Assembly: GCA_965220745.1 (NCBI GenBank)
Contig: CBDCQT010000010.1
Span: forward strand, 640,001 to 704,000
DNA: 64,000 nt
Direction of reading: 5' to 3'
DNA from: Alphaproteobacteria bacterium
GTDB lineage: Bacteria; Pseudomonadota; Alphaproteobacteria; UBA828
Shown one piece after another: positions 1 to 9,782 of the stretch (its first letter is position 1; each line of letters begins with the position of its first letter). The translations under genes and the position numbers were made by a program. The notes under the pieces were generated by a model. That model did no database searches and had not been told where the DNA came from. It saw nothing but the letters and a program-made list of their open reading frames with translations.

Positions 1-987
1 ACCCGACGTCAGTCCTTGCGGGCGAAACAGCAGAATCATGAGCATCAAGAATGATAGCCCGACCTCACGCAAGCCGCGCGGCGCCGCCAGGTGCACGGTA
101 CCGATGTCGAAACCGGCCTCGATCAGGCGCAGAAGCTCGCCGAGCACGCTCACCACGATGGTTCCCGTCACCGCGCCCGCCAGGCTGTTCATGCCGCCGA
201 TCACCAGCATGGCCAAGGTGATGAACGTGACGTCCAGATAGAACGAGCTCGACGACAGAACACCGATGAAATGCGCGTGCAGCACGCCGCCGAAACCCAC
301 GATAAAGGCGCTGAAGACGAACGCGATCAGTCGCTCCCGCCGCACATTGATACCGGTCGCCAGCGCTGCGACCTCGTTCTCGCGCGAAGCGCGCAGGCGC
401 CTCCCGTAGCGGGACTCCTGGTAGGCGTAGGCCAGCCCAAGCGCGAGCAGCGCATAGATCAGGGCGACCCAGATGTCCGTGTAGACCGGCAACCCGATCA
501 GTGCGCTCGCTCCTCCGGTCACCTCTTTCCAGTTGGAGATCACCACGTAGACGATGGCGAGCGAGGCGAAGGTGCCCATCGCGGCCGAGATGCCCGAGAG
601 ACGCATCAGCGGCACGCCGATGACGAAGGCGAAGACGGTCGAGAGCGTTCCCGCGATCAAAGCCGCGGGGATCGTCGGCAACTGCAGGGCCGTCAGGAAA
701 GGAGGCAGATCGAGAACGATCTTCTTCATGTTGGGCGGGATGGTCAGCAAAGCGGACCCGTAGGCGCCGATGGCCATGAAGCTCACGTGCCCAAAGGAGA
801 GGATCCCGGAGTTCCCGATGAAGATGTAGAGCCCGATGACAACGATCAGCCGGATGAACGCCTCGGTCGCCGTGCGTTGCAGGGGCATCGGTCCGAGCGA
901 AAGGAGAGCGGCCAAGACGACCAAAATGAGCGCGAGGGAGAGCACCGGCCAGATCAGCCTCGCGGTCTTTTCCACCTGGCCGATCAT
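1..987 (-). CDS. livM: Branched-chain amino acid ABC transporter permease (LivM family), runs off the window start
   Basis: Own translation from ATG at 987: MIGQVEKTARLIWPVLSLALILVVL...GLYIFIGNSGILSFGHVSFMAIGAYGSALL; hydrophobic, with the LivM 'G.LSFGH..F..IGAY' motif; directly follows livH. Confidence 0.85.
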   Translation of the reverse strand, partial: MIGQVEKTARLIWPVLSLALILVVLAALLSLGPMPLQRTATEAFIRLIVVIGLYIFIGNSGILSFGHVSFMAIGAYGSALLTIPPNMKKIVLDLPPFLTALQLPTIPAALIAGTLSTVFAFVIGVPLMRLSGISAAMGTFASLAIVYVVISNWKEVTGGASALIGLPVYTDIWVALIYALLALGLAYAYQESRYGRRLRASRENEVAALATGINVRRERLIAFVFSAFIVGFGGVLHAHFIGVLSSSSFYLDVTFITLAMLVIGGMNSLAGAVTGTIVVSVLGELLRLIEAGFDIGTVHLAAPRGLREVGLSFLMLMILLFRPQGLTSG

Positions 988-990
988 CGG

Positions 991-1875
991 CTAGATGCGC
1001 TCCCGCGCGCTGCGGCCGCGCAGCAGGCCCTGCGGACGAACCAAGAGGAAGCCGATCAGAACCGCGAACACGAAGGCATCGCGATAGGGCCTGAGCTCGA
1101 CCGTAAGGACCGCCTGCAACGCCACCGTCAGAACGCCGACCACAAGACCGCCGACGGCCGCACCGACCAGGCTGCCCATGCCGCCGATCACGGTGGCGAC
1201 AAAGGCGACGAGCACGAGGCTCACGCCCATTCTTGGTGTGAGCGTGCCCGTCTGCACCACGTAGAGCAACGAGATGATCCCGGCGAGCACGCCGCTGAGG
1301 AGGAAGGCGATCGCGATGACGGAATTGGCACGCACGCCCACGAGTCGCGCCATGCCGAAGTCCTCGGCGGCGGCGCGCATCTGCGTGCCGATGCTGCTGC
1401 GGCGGAAGAAGACGACCAGTCCGACCAGCAGCACGATGGTAATCGCTATAGTCACCACCTGGAGCTTCGGAATGCGCAAGCCCTCGACGACGAAATACTC
1501 GCTCAGCTCGTAGAGGAAGGTGACGCTCTTGGGGCGCGCACCGAAAATCAGGAGAACGAGGTGCTGGAGGAAATAAGCGAGCGCGAATGACGCGATCAGG
1601 AGCGTTGCCGGGTTGGCGCGCCGCAACGGCCGGAATGCGACCCGTTCCATCACGATCGCCGCCACGATCACGAGAGCCATGGCAACGAGCCCCATGATGG
1701 CCTCGTGCATGCCGAAGGTGAAAAACAGCGCGTAGGCGCCCAGCATGATCAACTCGCCATGGGCAAAGTTGATCAGGCGCATGATGCCGAAGATCAGCCC
1801 GATACCGAGCGCGGTCAGCGCATAGAGCGCACCCAGACTGATCGCATCCACGATGTTCTGCAGGACGAACGTCAT
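991..1875 (-). CDS. livH: Branched-chain amino acid ABC transporter permease (LivH family)
   Basis: GALYALTALGIGLIFGIMRLINFAHGE and GGMGSLVGAAVGG motifs. Confidence 0.9.
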   Translation of the reverse strand: MTFVLQNIVDAISLGALYALTALGIGLIFGIMRLINFAHGELIMLGAYALFFTFGMHEAIMGLVAMALVIVAAIVMERVAFRPLRRANPATLLIASFALAYFLQHLVLLIFGARPKSVTFLYELSEYFVVEGLRIPKLQVVTIAITIVLLVGLVVFFRRSSIGTQMRAAAEDFGMARLVGVRANSVIAIAFLLSGVLAGIISLLYVVQTGTLTPRMGVSLVLVAFVATVIGGMGSLVGAAVGGLVVGVLTVALQAVLTVELRPYRDAFVFAVLIGFLLVRPQGLLRGRSARERI

Positions 1876-2591
1876 GGATCGCGCGCCTTGTAGCCGAAAT
1901 AGGCGTCCTCAAAGCCCTCTTCCGCACGCAACTCCGCCGCGTCACCGGCCATCACGATGCTGCCGGAGGCCAGCACGTAGGTGCGGTCCGCGGCTTCAAG
2001 CGCTCGTGTCGCGCTCTGCTCCACGATGAGAATGGTGACGCCTTCCGCACGAAGATCGGCGATCGCGCGGTAGACCTCGCCGACGACGAGGGGCGCCAGG
2101 CCGAGCGAGGGTTCGTCGATCAAAAGCAGGCGAGGCCGTGCCAGCAGAGCGCGCCCGATCGCGAGCATCTGCTGCTCACCGCCGGAGAGCTTGCCCGCCG
2201 GCTGACGCAGGCGCTCGCGAAGCACGGGAAACATGGCGAGCACGCGGTCCACGTCGCCGTCGATCGCGTTGCGGTCGCGGCGGGCGACGGCGCCGATGCG
2301 TATGTTCTCGGCAACCGTGAGACCCCCAAAGATGTGCCGCCCTTCCGGGACCAGAGAAATGCCCAGACGCACGAGCTCTTCAGGCGCGGTCCCCGCGATC
2401 GTCTGGCCCTCGAACTCGATGCTGCCCGAAGCGACCGGCACGACGCCGGCAATCGCATTGAGCAGCGACGACTTGCCGGCGCCGTTCGGTCCGATGACGG
2501 ACACGATCTCGCGCTCTTCGATACGAAGGGAGACGCCACCCAACGCCAGGATGTTGCCGTAGGTGACGTTCAGTTCCTCGGTTGCCAGCAC
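1872..2591 (-). CDS. livF: ABC transporter ATP-binding protein (LivF family)
   Basis: Walker A GPNGAGKS, VPEGRHIF, LSGGEQQMLAIGRAL, DEPSLGLAP. Confidence 0.9.
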   Translation of the reverse strand: MLATEELNVTYGNILALGGVSLRIEEREIVSVIGPNGAGKSSLLNAIAGVVPVASGSIEFEGQTIAGTAPEELVRLGISLVPEGRHIFGGLTVAENIRIGAVARRDRNAIDGDVDRVLAMFPVLRERLRQPAGKLSGGEQQMLAIGRALLARPRLLLIDEPSLGLAPLVVGEVYRAIADLRAEGVTILIVEQSATRALEAADRTYVLASGSIVMAGDAAELRAEEGFEDAYFGYKARDP

Positions 2592-2594
2592 GGG

Positions 2595-3341
2595 CTACAC
2601 GAAGTCCTCGCCGAGATAGGCCCTCTTGACATCGGAGTTCGCGCGAATGTCTGAGGGCGCCCCCTCGGCAATGGAGCGACCCTGATCGAGCACGTGGATG
2701 CGGTCGCAGAGGCCCATGATGACGGCCATGTTGTGTTCGATCAGCAGCACGCCGCAGTCCAGGCGGCGGCGGATATCGCGGATAACCTCCCGCAACTCGT
2801 CGCACTCGCGCTCGTTGAGTCCGGCGGCCGGCTCATCAAGCAGAAGGAAGCGCGGGCGCATGGCGAGAGCGCGGGCGATGCCGACACGCCGCTCTTCCCC
2901 GAAGGGCAGGGCATCGGCTCGCGCCATAGCCTGGGAAGCCAGATTGAGCCATTGCAACACTTCGTCCGCGCGTTCGCGCGCCCGGTGGCCGCCGAGGCCG
3001 ACGCCAAGCGCGCCCGCTTCCACGTTCTGAAATACGCTGAGACCGCCGAAGAGACGGACTCCCTGAAAGGTCCGCGCCACCCCGTCCCGCGCCAACTGAA
3101 ACGGCGTCCGTCCGGTTACGTTCCGGCCGGAGAGCCACACGCTGCCCTTGTCCGGTCTTTGAAACCCGGTCAGGACGTTGACGAGAGTGGTCTTGCCCGC
3201 GCCGTTCGGCCCGATGAGGCCGAGAATTTCGTTCTGACCCAAATGCAGGCTCGCGCCGCTGATCGCACGAACGCCTTCGAACCGCACATGAACGTCTCGC
3301 GCTTCCAGCGTCCCGCTATCAGCGGCACGCACGCTCTGCAT
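2595..3341 (-). CDS. livG: ABC transporter ATP-binding protein (LivG family)
   Basis: GPNGAGKTT, ARTFQ, LLLDEPAAGLN, IEHNM, C-terminal VKRAYLG. Confidence 0.9.
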   Translation of the reverse strand: MQSVRAADSGTLEARDVHVRFEGVRAISGASLHLGQNEILGLIGPNGAGKTTLVNVLTGFQRPDKGSVWLSGRNVTGRTPFQLARDGVARTFQGVRLFGGLSVFQNVEAGALGVGLGGHRARERADEVLQWLNLASQAMARADALPFGEERRVGIARALAMRPRFLLLDEPAAGLNERECDELREVIRDIRRRLDCGVLLIEHNMAVIMGLCDRIHVLDQGRSIAEGAPSDIRANSDVKRAYLGEDFV

Positions 3342-3373
3342 GTCCTCCTGCCGACGATCTCCTTCGTGGCGGA

Positions 3374-4567
3374 TCAGAAGACGATCGAGGCGGCCTTGGT
3401 CGGACGGAACACACCGATGGCGCTGTGCTTGCCGTCTTGCACCTGCATGATCGTCATCGGCCGGGTCACGCTCATGTGAAGCTCCGGCGTATAGGTCGTC
3501 GCCCCGACCAGGGAGGGCTCGTCGGTATAGCTCTCCAGCACCTCGCGCACCGCATCACCGTCCAGCGACCCGGCCTTCTCGACGGCCTGAGCCCAAGTCT
3601 CGATGGCGGCGTAGCCGGTGTACATCTGGCCGGTGGCGGGCGGGCCGCCATGCATCTCGATGAACTTATCGAGCACCTCGTTGATTTCCGGGCGCGGGTC
3701 GTCGCCGAAGATCGAGCCGTAGATCGCGTAGTAGAGGCCGCTCAAGTTCGGCACCGCGTCGAGCCAGTAATTGCCGCCCATCCCCTCGCCGCTGAGCATC
3801 GGGATGTTCACACCGGCGGCACGCAGCTGCTTGAGGGCAGCCGCGCCACCAGGGGGATAGGAGCAGTACATGATCGCATCAGGCTGCGGATCGAGCGCCT
3901 TCAGCCGCGTGATCTGGGAGGCGATGGACGGATCGTTGTTCTGGAACGTGTCCTCGCCGAGGAATGAGTCCTCGCCCGCGATCTCGATCCATCGCTCCTT
4001 GAACGAGCGGCACAGGGACACGTCGAATTCCACGGTCGGGTCGACCAGCATGTAGGCGGTGCGATAGCCTTGGTTGTTGTATCCCCACTCCGCCATGAGG
4101 GCGCCCTGGCCGGGTGTGCCGATCGACATGGTGAAGGCGTATGGCCCAATGCCCTGCACGCCGAACTTGGGATCGGCGGCACAGCTCGAGAACGCGATGA
4201 TGCCGCGCGCATTGGCGACCGACGCGGCACCGCCGCCGAAGTCGTAGTCGCAGGTCACCAGCACCATCTGCGCGCCCTGGTCGAGCACCTCGAGGCCGGC
4301 GTTGGCGCCGTGGGCGATGTCCGACTTCGTATCGGCGAAGACCATCTCGATCTGACGGCCAAGCACGCCGCCCCGCTCGTTGATGACCTTGACGGCAAGC
4401 TGGGCCGCCTTCTGCGGGCCGTCATCGTAGGGTGCGACGAATCCGCTCAACGCAACGGCGGCGCCGATGACGATCGGATCTTCGTCTGCGGTGGCCTGGT
4501 GGCTGAAGCCCAATGATGCCGCCGCGACCAATCCGAGTGCGACGCAAGGCACTCTCATCATTTTCAT
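3374..4567 (-). CDS. ABC transporter substrate-binding protein (LivK/LivJ-like periplasmic binding protein)
   Basis: Signal peptide MKMMRVPCVALGLVAAASLGFSHQATA, IN..GGVLGRQIE motif, GGAGG RBS upstream, first gene of the liv-type operon. Confidence 0.85.
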   Translation of the reverse strand: MKMMRVPCVALGLVAAASLGFSHQATADEDPIVIGAAVALSGFVAPYDDGPQKAAQLAVKVINERGGVLGRQIEMVFADTKSDIAHGANAGLEVLDQGAQMVLVTCDYDFGGGAASVANARGIIAFSSCAADPKFGVQGIGPYAFTMSIGTPGQGALMAEWGYNNQGYRTAYMLVDPTVEFDVSLCRSFKERWIEIAGEDSFLGEDTFQNNDPSIASQITRLKALDPQPDAIMYCSYPPGGAAALKQLRAAGVNIPMLSGEGMGGNYWLDAVPNLSGLYYAIYGSIFGDDPRPEINEVLDKFIEMHGGPPATGQMYTGYAAIETWAQAVEKAGSLDGDAVREVLESYTDEPSLVGATTYTPELHMSVTRPMTIMQVQDGKHSAIGVFRPTKAASIVF

Positions 4568-4732
4568 GTGAATGACCTCCCCGTTCTTCATTGTTGCAGC
4601 GACGCATCGAGAATCCGCTGCTCTCCCGTGAGGCAACCATGCATATCAAGCGAGGACCGTGTCAACGCCGCCCCTGCCCAGGCGGGCTCCGCGCCGAGCC
4701 CGGTGGCACGCGCCGCCTGCCAAGCCCAAACC

Positions 4733-4768
4733 TTCACCTTTTGGACGCGATGTGCTATAAAAGGTGAA
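4733..4768. promoter_or_regulatory. Inverted repeat TTCACCTTTT-N16-AAAAGGTGAA overlapping an extended -10 (TGcTATAAA); putative operator/promoter of the radical SAM gene
   Basis: Perfect 10-bp arms at 4733-4742 and 4759-4768 in an AT-rich patch between divergent genes. Confidence 0.45.
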
Positions 4769-4806
4769 AGAGTAATAAAACCTAATGACCCTAAGGAGAC
4801 GCAACA

Positions 4807-6204
4807 GTGAATATTGATACGATCCCGGGGTCGGCGGCTCTTCGAGAAGGGCCGGGCGCGAACCGTCTTCGTGATCTGAAAGTCGTCGCGCCACCGGACG
4901 GCAAATTCAAGGCGCTGACCCGGAGAAATCTCGATTCGATTTCTCAGTACGGTAACGTGACCGATGACGACTTGTTCGACATGAAAGTCGTCAGCGCCGT
5001 GCTGCCGTTCCGCACCAACCGCTATGTGATCGAGCACCTGATCGATTGGGACCGGATCCCGGACGATCCGGTCTACCGGCTGGTGTTCCCGCAGCGGGGA
5101 ATGCTGGAAGGCGGCGACTTTAGCCGGATCGCCGATCTCATGACCCGCGACGCCACGCCGCAGGAAGTCGAGGGGGCGGCCGCCGACATTCGCGCGCGCC
5201 TCAATCCACATCCGGCCGGGCAACGCGAGCTCAACATTCCGCAGGAAGAAGGCGAGACTCTGGAAGGACTCCAGCACAAGTATCGCGAGACAATGCTGTT
5301 CTTCCCGAGCCAGGGTCAGACCTGTCACGCCTACTGCACCTTCTGCTTCCGCTGGGCGCAATTCGTGGGCGATAAGGAGCTGAAGATCGCGTCAAAGGAT
5401 GCGGTCAACATGCACCGTTATCTCGCCGACCATCCCAACATCTCGGACGTACTGTTCACCGGCGGCGACCCGATGATCATGAAGACCCGGGTGATGGAGG
5501 GCTATCTCCGGGCCTTCATCGACGATCCGGCGCTGGCCCACGTGCAGAACATCCGGATCGGCACCAAGGCGCTCACCTTCTGGCCGCATCGCTTCGTCCA
5601 CGACGAGGATGCGGACGATCTGCTGCGCCTGTTCGAGGATCTCGTCGTTGCGGGCCGTCACATCGCGATCATGGCCCACTTCAATCACTGGCAGGAGCTC
5701 AGGACCGACGTGGTGCAGGACGCGATCCGCCGCATCCGCGATACCGGCGCGGTGATCCGCGCCCAGGCGCCGCTGCTCGCCAACATCAACAACGACTCCG
5801 ACATCTGGGCCCAGATGTGGCGCGAGCAGGTGCGCCTCGGCGTCATCCCCTACTACATGTTCGTAGAGCGCGACACCGGCCCGCGGCACTACTTCGAAGT
5901 GCCGCTGGAGCGCTGCTGGGAAGTCTTCCGGGGCGCGATCGAGCAGGTCTCGGGGCTGGCGCGGACGGTCCGGGGCCCGAGCATGAGCGCGACGCCAGGC
6001 AAGGTCGAAGTTCTGGGCGTGCAGGAGGTCGCGGGCGAGAAGGTCTTCGTGCTGCGCTTCCTGCAAGGGCGCGATCCCGACTGGGTCGGGCGGCCGTTCT
6101 TCGCGCGCTACGATCCCAAGGCGACCTGGCTCGACCAGCTCGAACCCGCCTTCGGCGAAGAGGCCTTCTTCTTCGAGGACGGCTTGAAGGCACTGACCGC
6201 ATAA
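4807..6204 (+). CDS. KamA-family radical SAM aminomutase (lysine 2,3-aminomutase-like)
   Basis: CxxxCxxC (CHAYCTFCFRW), GLQHKYRET, DVLFTGGDP, IRIGTK, PYYMF, PSMSATPGK (putative PLP lysine); AAGGAG RBS before GTG. Confidence 0.85.
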   Translation: MNIDTIPGSAALREGPGANRLRDLKVVAPPDGKFKALTRRNLDSISQYGNVTDDDLFDMKVVSAVLPFRTNRYVIEHLIDWDRIPDDPVYRLVFPQRGMLEGGDFSRIADLMTRDATPQEVEGAAADIRARLNPHPAGQRELNIPQEEGETLEGLQHKYRETMLFFPSQGQTCHAYCTFCFRWAQFVGDKELKIASKDAVNMHRYLADHPNISDVLFTGGDPMIMKTRVMEGYLRAFIDDPALAHVQNIRIGTKALTFWPHRFVHDEDADDLLRLFEDLVVAGRHIAIMAHFNHWQELRTDVVQDAIRRIRDTGAVIRAQAPLLANINNDSDIWAQMWREQVRLGVIPYYMFVERDTGPRHYFEVPLERCWEVFRGAIEQVSGLARTVRGPSMSATPGKVEVLGVQEVAGEKVFVLRFLQGRDPDWVGRPFFARYDPKATWLDQLEPAFGEEAFFFEDGLKALTA

Positions 6205-6330
6205 GCCGGGCGCCGGCAGCGGTACGCCGGCGCACCCGATTACGCCGACCTCCAACGCTGCAGCGTTGCGCGGCAGGCGGCCCTGCGCCACCTTGGGTCT
6301 GCCCCGAATCGTGCGGGAGTCGGCCGCGCC

Positions 6331-7209
6331 ATGCTGCGTATCGTCCTCGCGGACAATCTGGAGGTCCTGCGCACGCTCGAAGCAGCCAGCTTCGACCTGA
6401 TCTATATCGACCCGCCCTTCAATACCGGCCGCACCCAGACGCGGGTCGCGCTCAGGACCGAGCGTGACGAGGCCGGCGACAGGACCGGCTTTCAAGGTCA
6501 GCGCTATCGGACCACGACGCTCGGTGCCACCGGCTATGCGGACAGCTTCGACGACTACCTGGCCTTCCTCGAGCCTCGCTTGATCGAGGCCCACCGGGTG
6601 CTGGCCGCGAGCGGCTCGCTTTTCTTTCACAGTGATTGCCGCGAGGTGCACTACTGCAAAGTGCTGCTCGACGGCATCTTCGGGCGCGAGAGCTTCATCA
6701 ACGAGATTATCTGGGCCTACGATTACGGCGGACGGCCCAAGAATCGCTGGCCGGCCAAGCACGACACCATCCTCTGGTACGCAAAGGACCCGGCGCACTA
6801 CACCTTCAACTTCGACGAGATTGACCGCATCCCCTACATGGCGCCGGCGCTGGTGGGGGCCGAGAAAGCCGCGCGCGGAAAGACGCCGACGGATGTCTGG
6901 TGGCACACCATCGTGCCCACCACGGGCAAGGAGAAGACCGGTTACGCCACCCAGAAGCCGCTCGGGCTGCTGGAGCGCATCGTCAAGGTGCACTCATCGC
7001 CGGGCGACAGGTTGCTGGATTTCTTCGCAGGCTCCGGCACCTTCGGCGAAGCCGCCGCCCTCCACGGCCGCTCGTGCCTCCTCGTCGACAACAACCCCGA
7101 GGCGGTGCGGATTATGAGCCGGCGATTGGTGCGTTTTGGCCCGAAAGTAGAGGGGGTGGAGGCAGATTACGACGCGTCTGCCATGCTCCGGCGCGACCTG
7201 CCGTTTTGA
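6331..7209 (+). CDS. Site-specific DNA methyltransferase, beta class (N6-adenine/N4-cytosine)
   Basis: Catalytic motif IV DPPF near the N-terminus, YATQKP, SAM-binding motif I DFFAGSGT near the C-terminus. Confidence 0.88.
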   Translation: MLRIVLADNLEVLRTLEAASFDLIYIDPPFNTGRTQTRVALRTERDEAGDRTGFQGQRYRTTTLGATGYADSFDDYLAFLEPRLIEAHRVLAASGSLFFHSDCREVHYCKVLLDGIFGRESFINEIIWAYDYGGRPKNRWPAKHDTILWYAKDPAHYTFNFDEIDRIPYMAPALVGAEKAARGKTPTDVWWHTIVPTTGKEKTGYATQKPLGLLERIVKVHSSPGDRLLDFFAGSGTFGEAAALHGRSCLLVDNNPEAVRIMSRRLVRFGPKVEGVEADYDASAMLRRDLPF

Positions 7210-7275
7210 AGGACAATGGTTAGGCTGCTACAGTTCGTCGCTCCAGCCCAATCGAGCTTGACCACCTGAGGCAAC

Positions 7276-7304
7276 TAGACCATCACTCCTACATATAGTA
7301 GAAT
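7276..7304 (+). promoter_or_regulatory. Putative sigma70 promoter of the RM operon with an internal palindrome
   Basis: TAGACC-N17-TAGAAT; palindrome CTAC-ATATA-GTAG (7289-7301) overlaps the -10. Confidence 0.45.
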
Positions 7305-7330
7305 TACGAAATTTATGTACAAGGTGTAGC

Positions 7331-8830
7331 GTGACCAACGCACATTCCGATAGCGGGCAACCCCCTCAAGCCCTCGAAAGTGCCAAGGAGAGGGGCGCGT
7401 ATTACACACCCGAGCAAGTTGTGCGCAGCCTTCTCAGCTGGGCCGTCCACAATACCGAAGACCGCCTTCTCGATCCCTCATGTGGAGACGGGCGCTTCAT
7501 CGCCGGTCACCTCAAAAGCGTCGGGATTGAGCAGGATCCAAATGCCAGTGCGACCGCGATGGAGCGTGCACCGGGCGCTCTCATCCATGAAGGCGACTTC
7601 TTCGCCTGGGCGAGCAGCACCGAAGAGCGCTTTGAGTGTGCTGCTGGCAACCCACCCTTTATTCGTTATCAGCGCTTCAAGGGCGCCACACGCACGCGCG
7701 CGATCGACCTTTGCGACACGCTCGGCGCCCGCTTTTCCGGCTTGTCGTCATCCTGGCCGTTGTTCCTGGTTGCGACTGCCCATCTTCTTAACCGAGGCGG
7801 GCGCATGGCCTTTGTCGTACCAGCTGAAGTGGGCCATGCACCATATAGTGCGCCTCTAATTGAGTATCTAGCGCAAAACTTTTCTTTCCTTCAGATCGTT
7901 GCAGTAAGAAGTAAAATCTTCCCACATTTGTCGGAAGATTGTTGGCTGCTTTATGCGGGCGAGAAGGGCGGATCGACCAAGGAGATATGCTTCAGCATCT
8001 TGGATGGATTCTATTTCTGCGACAAACCGCCCCCGGTAAATGTGCGTGTTGCGTTGAGCGCTTGGCGCTCCATCTGGAATTCGCGGTTGCGCCCATTCCT
8101 TATGCCGAAGTCAGCTCGTGACCTTTACGAACGCGTGGCGCATGAACATGACTGCTTGCGACTAGGCGCAATCGCGCAAATCAATATTGGGTACATCTCA
8201 GGAGCCAACGACTTTTTCCATCTGCGCCTTTCTGAGGCGCAAGACTTGGGGATTCCAAGCACCTGTTTGCAAACGACAGTTCGCAACGGCCGCGCTCTTC
8301 CGTCGAATCGGCTCGACGAAACGACAGTGGAGAGGTGGTTACGCGAGGATCGTCAGACCCTGTTACTCCGGCTACGAAAAAATCAAGAGCTTCCCGATCC
8401 AGTCCGTGCTTACTTACAAACTACGCGGGCAAAGGAGGTATCGAGTGGATATAAGTGCCGAACGCGCAATCCCTGGTATGTTGTACCGGACGTTAAGATT
8501 CCAGATTATTTTTTAAGTTACATGTCGGGACGGGAAGTTTTGCTCGTTCAGAACGCAGCAGGCTGTGCCTGCACGAACTCGCTGCATACAGTTCGACTCA
8601 GGAATAAAGCGGCACAGACCCATATTCGAGTGGCTCAAAAGTCGCCATTATTCCAGCTGAGCTGTGAAATCGAGGGACATCCCTTGGGTGGTGGAATGCT
8701 GAAATTAGAGCCGCGAGAGGCATGTAATGTCCTAGTACCAGATTTTGCCGCACTTTCCAGAGGAGATACGAGCATCGTAGAGGACGGGATCACCGCCCTC
8801 CAGGCATGGAGACACTATGCCCCAGCTTGA
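7331..8830 (+). CDS. Type II N6-adenine DNA methyltransferase, gamma class
   Basis: GAYYTP, motif I LDPSCGDG, motif IV GNPPF, C-terminal GGGMLKLEP; lower GC than the flanks; overlaps the downstream nuclease ORF. Confidence 0.88.
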   Translation: MTNAHSDSGQPPQALESAKERGAYYTPEQVVRSLLSWAVHNTEDRLLDPSCGDGRFIAGHLKSVGIEQDPNASATAMERAPGALIHEGDFFAWASSTEERFECAAGNPPFIRYQRFKGATRTRAIDLCDTLGARFSGLSSSWPLFLVATAHLLNRGGRMAFVVPAEVGHAPYSAPLIEYLAQNFSFLQIVAVRSKIFPHLSEDCWLLYAGEKGGSTKEICFSILDGFYFCDKPPPVNVRVALSAWRSIWNSRLRPFLMPKSARDLYERVAHEHDCLRLGAIAQINIGYISGANDFFHLRLSEAQDLGIPSTCLQTTVRNGRALPSNRLDETTVERWLREDRQTLLLRLRKNQELPDPVRAYLQTTRAKEVSSGYKCRTRNPWYVVPDVKIPDYFLSYMSGREVLLVQNAAGCACTNSLHTVRLRNKAAQTHIRVAQKSPLFQLSCEIEGHPLGGGMLKLEPREACNVLVPDFAALSRGDTSIVEDGITALQAWRHYAPA

Positions 8831-9731
8831 AGGTTTCACCGCAGACGATTGGAAGTCTTGTCATTGGCTTGGTACGGAAGAAACTTTCCGTCATCTTGCT
8901 ACATCGAGAGAGCGAACACAAAGTCAGAAGATCGTCAAGCCTCTGCATTGGTACATCGCGTGCCGACTGGTTCTAGAAGGCGGCTTTCTTCCCGATGACA
9001 TCAAGCCTCGTCCTCCCTTCAAAGCGGTTAAGAAGGGCAACCGGTGGTCGCTGAGTTTCGATCAAACAGAAGCTGGCGGCGGCGAAGCTACTGTCCTCGG
9101 TGGCCTCAAGACGAAGGACGTAGATATCGTTGTGGACAAGCCAGGGATTGGCCCGGTCATCGCGATCTCTTGCAAGAGTACTGGTAACGCATTCCGCAAT
9201 CTTACTAACCGAATGGAAGAAGCGGTCGGCGAATGCACGAATTTGCACATGACTTATTCGGCGCTTGTGATTGGATACTATTCAGTGTTTAGAGCGCATC
9301 GCGCGGGTAGCGACCCAGAGTTAGAGGATAACGATGTAGCTCTTCAGGCAGATGGCAATCCTGTTGACGGGATCATCCGATACCACGAGGCGTTTCGCCA
9401 ACTCGAGGGGCGCACGGACCTCAGAGATACTATCAGCAAATACGAAGCTGTGAGCCTCTCTTTGCTCGAGACCAAAGGTCCTAATGTTGGTGAGCTCTTC
9501 GATTCCTTCCCTCCGAAGGGCAGCCCGTTGCGTTCGGAGAATTTTTTCAACAAGATTTACCGTCGCTACGACGAGCGGTTTGTGTTCGCAGCTCCAATCT
9601 TTGCCACACGCAAAATTACACCCAGAATTGAATGGGATGCAGACTCACCGCTCTTCACCGCGAATTTGGGATTGATAATCGGCGAAGCGCCCGAACTCGA
9701 CTATGAACCGCGCAAATCCTTGCAAGCGTAG
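8817..9731 (+). CDS. Putative type II restriction endonuclease (PD-(D/E)xK; XhoI/PaeR7I-like motifs)
   Basis: TKDVDIVV...AISCKS...RNLTNRMEEAVG resembles the 'K..D....FKS...N..NR.EEA.G' core of the XhoI family; 14-bp overlap with the MTase; low GC. Confidence 0.7.
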   Translation: MPQLEGFTADDWKSCHWLGTEETFRHLATSRERTQSQKIVKPLHWYIACRLVLEGGFLPDDIKPRPPFKAVKKGNRWSLSFDQTEAGGGEATVLGGLKTKDVDIVVDKPGIGPVIAISCKSTGNAFRNLTNRMEEAVGECTNLHMTYSALVIGYYSVFRAHRAGSDPELEDNDVALQADGNPVDGIIRYHEAFRQLEGRTDLRDTISKYEAVSLSLLETKGPNVGELFDSFPPKGSPLRSENFFNKIYRRYDERFVFAAPIFATRKITPRIEWDADSPLFTANLGLIIGEAPELDYEPRKSLQA

Positions 9732-9782
9732 AGAGGCCTGAGGAGCCCAACAGACTGGCGAGCAAGCCCTATCTTGCCGACT

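Noticed and set aside
4741-4756. Possible sigma54 promoter upstream of the radical SAM gene
   Set aside because: The GG-to-GC spacing is 9 nt rather than the required 10.
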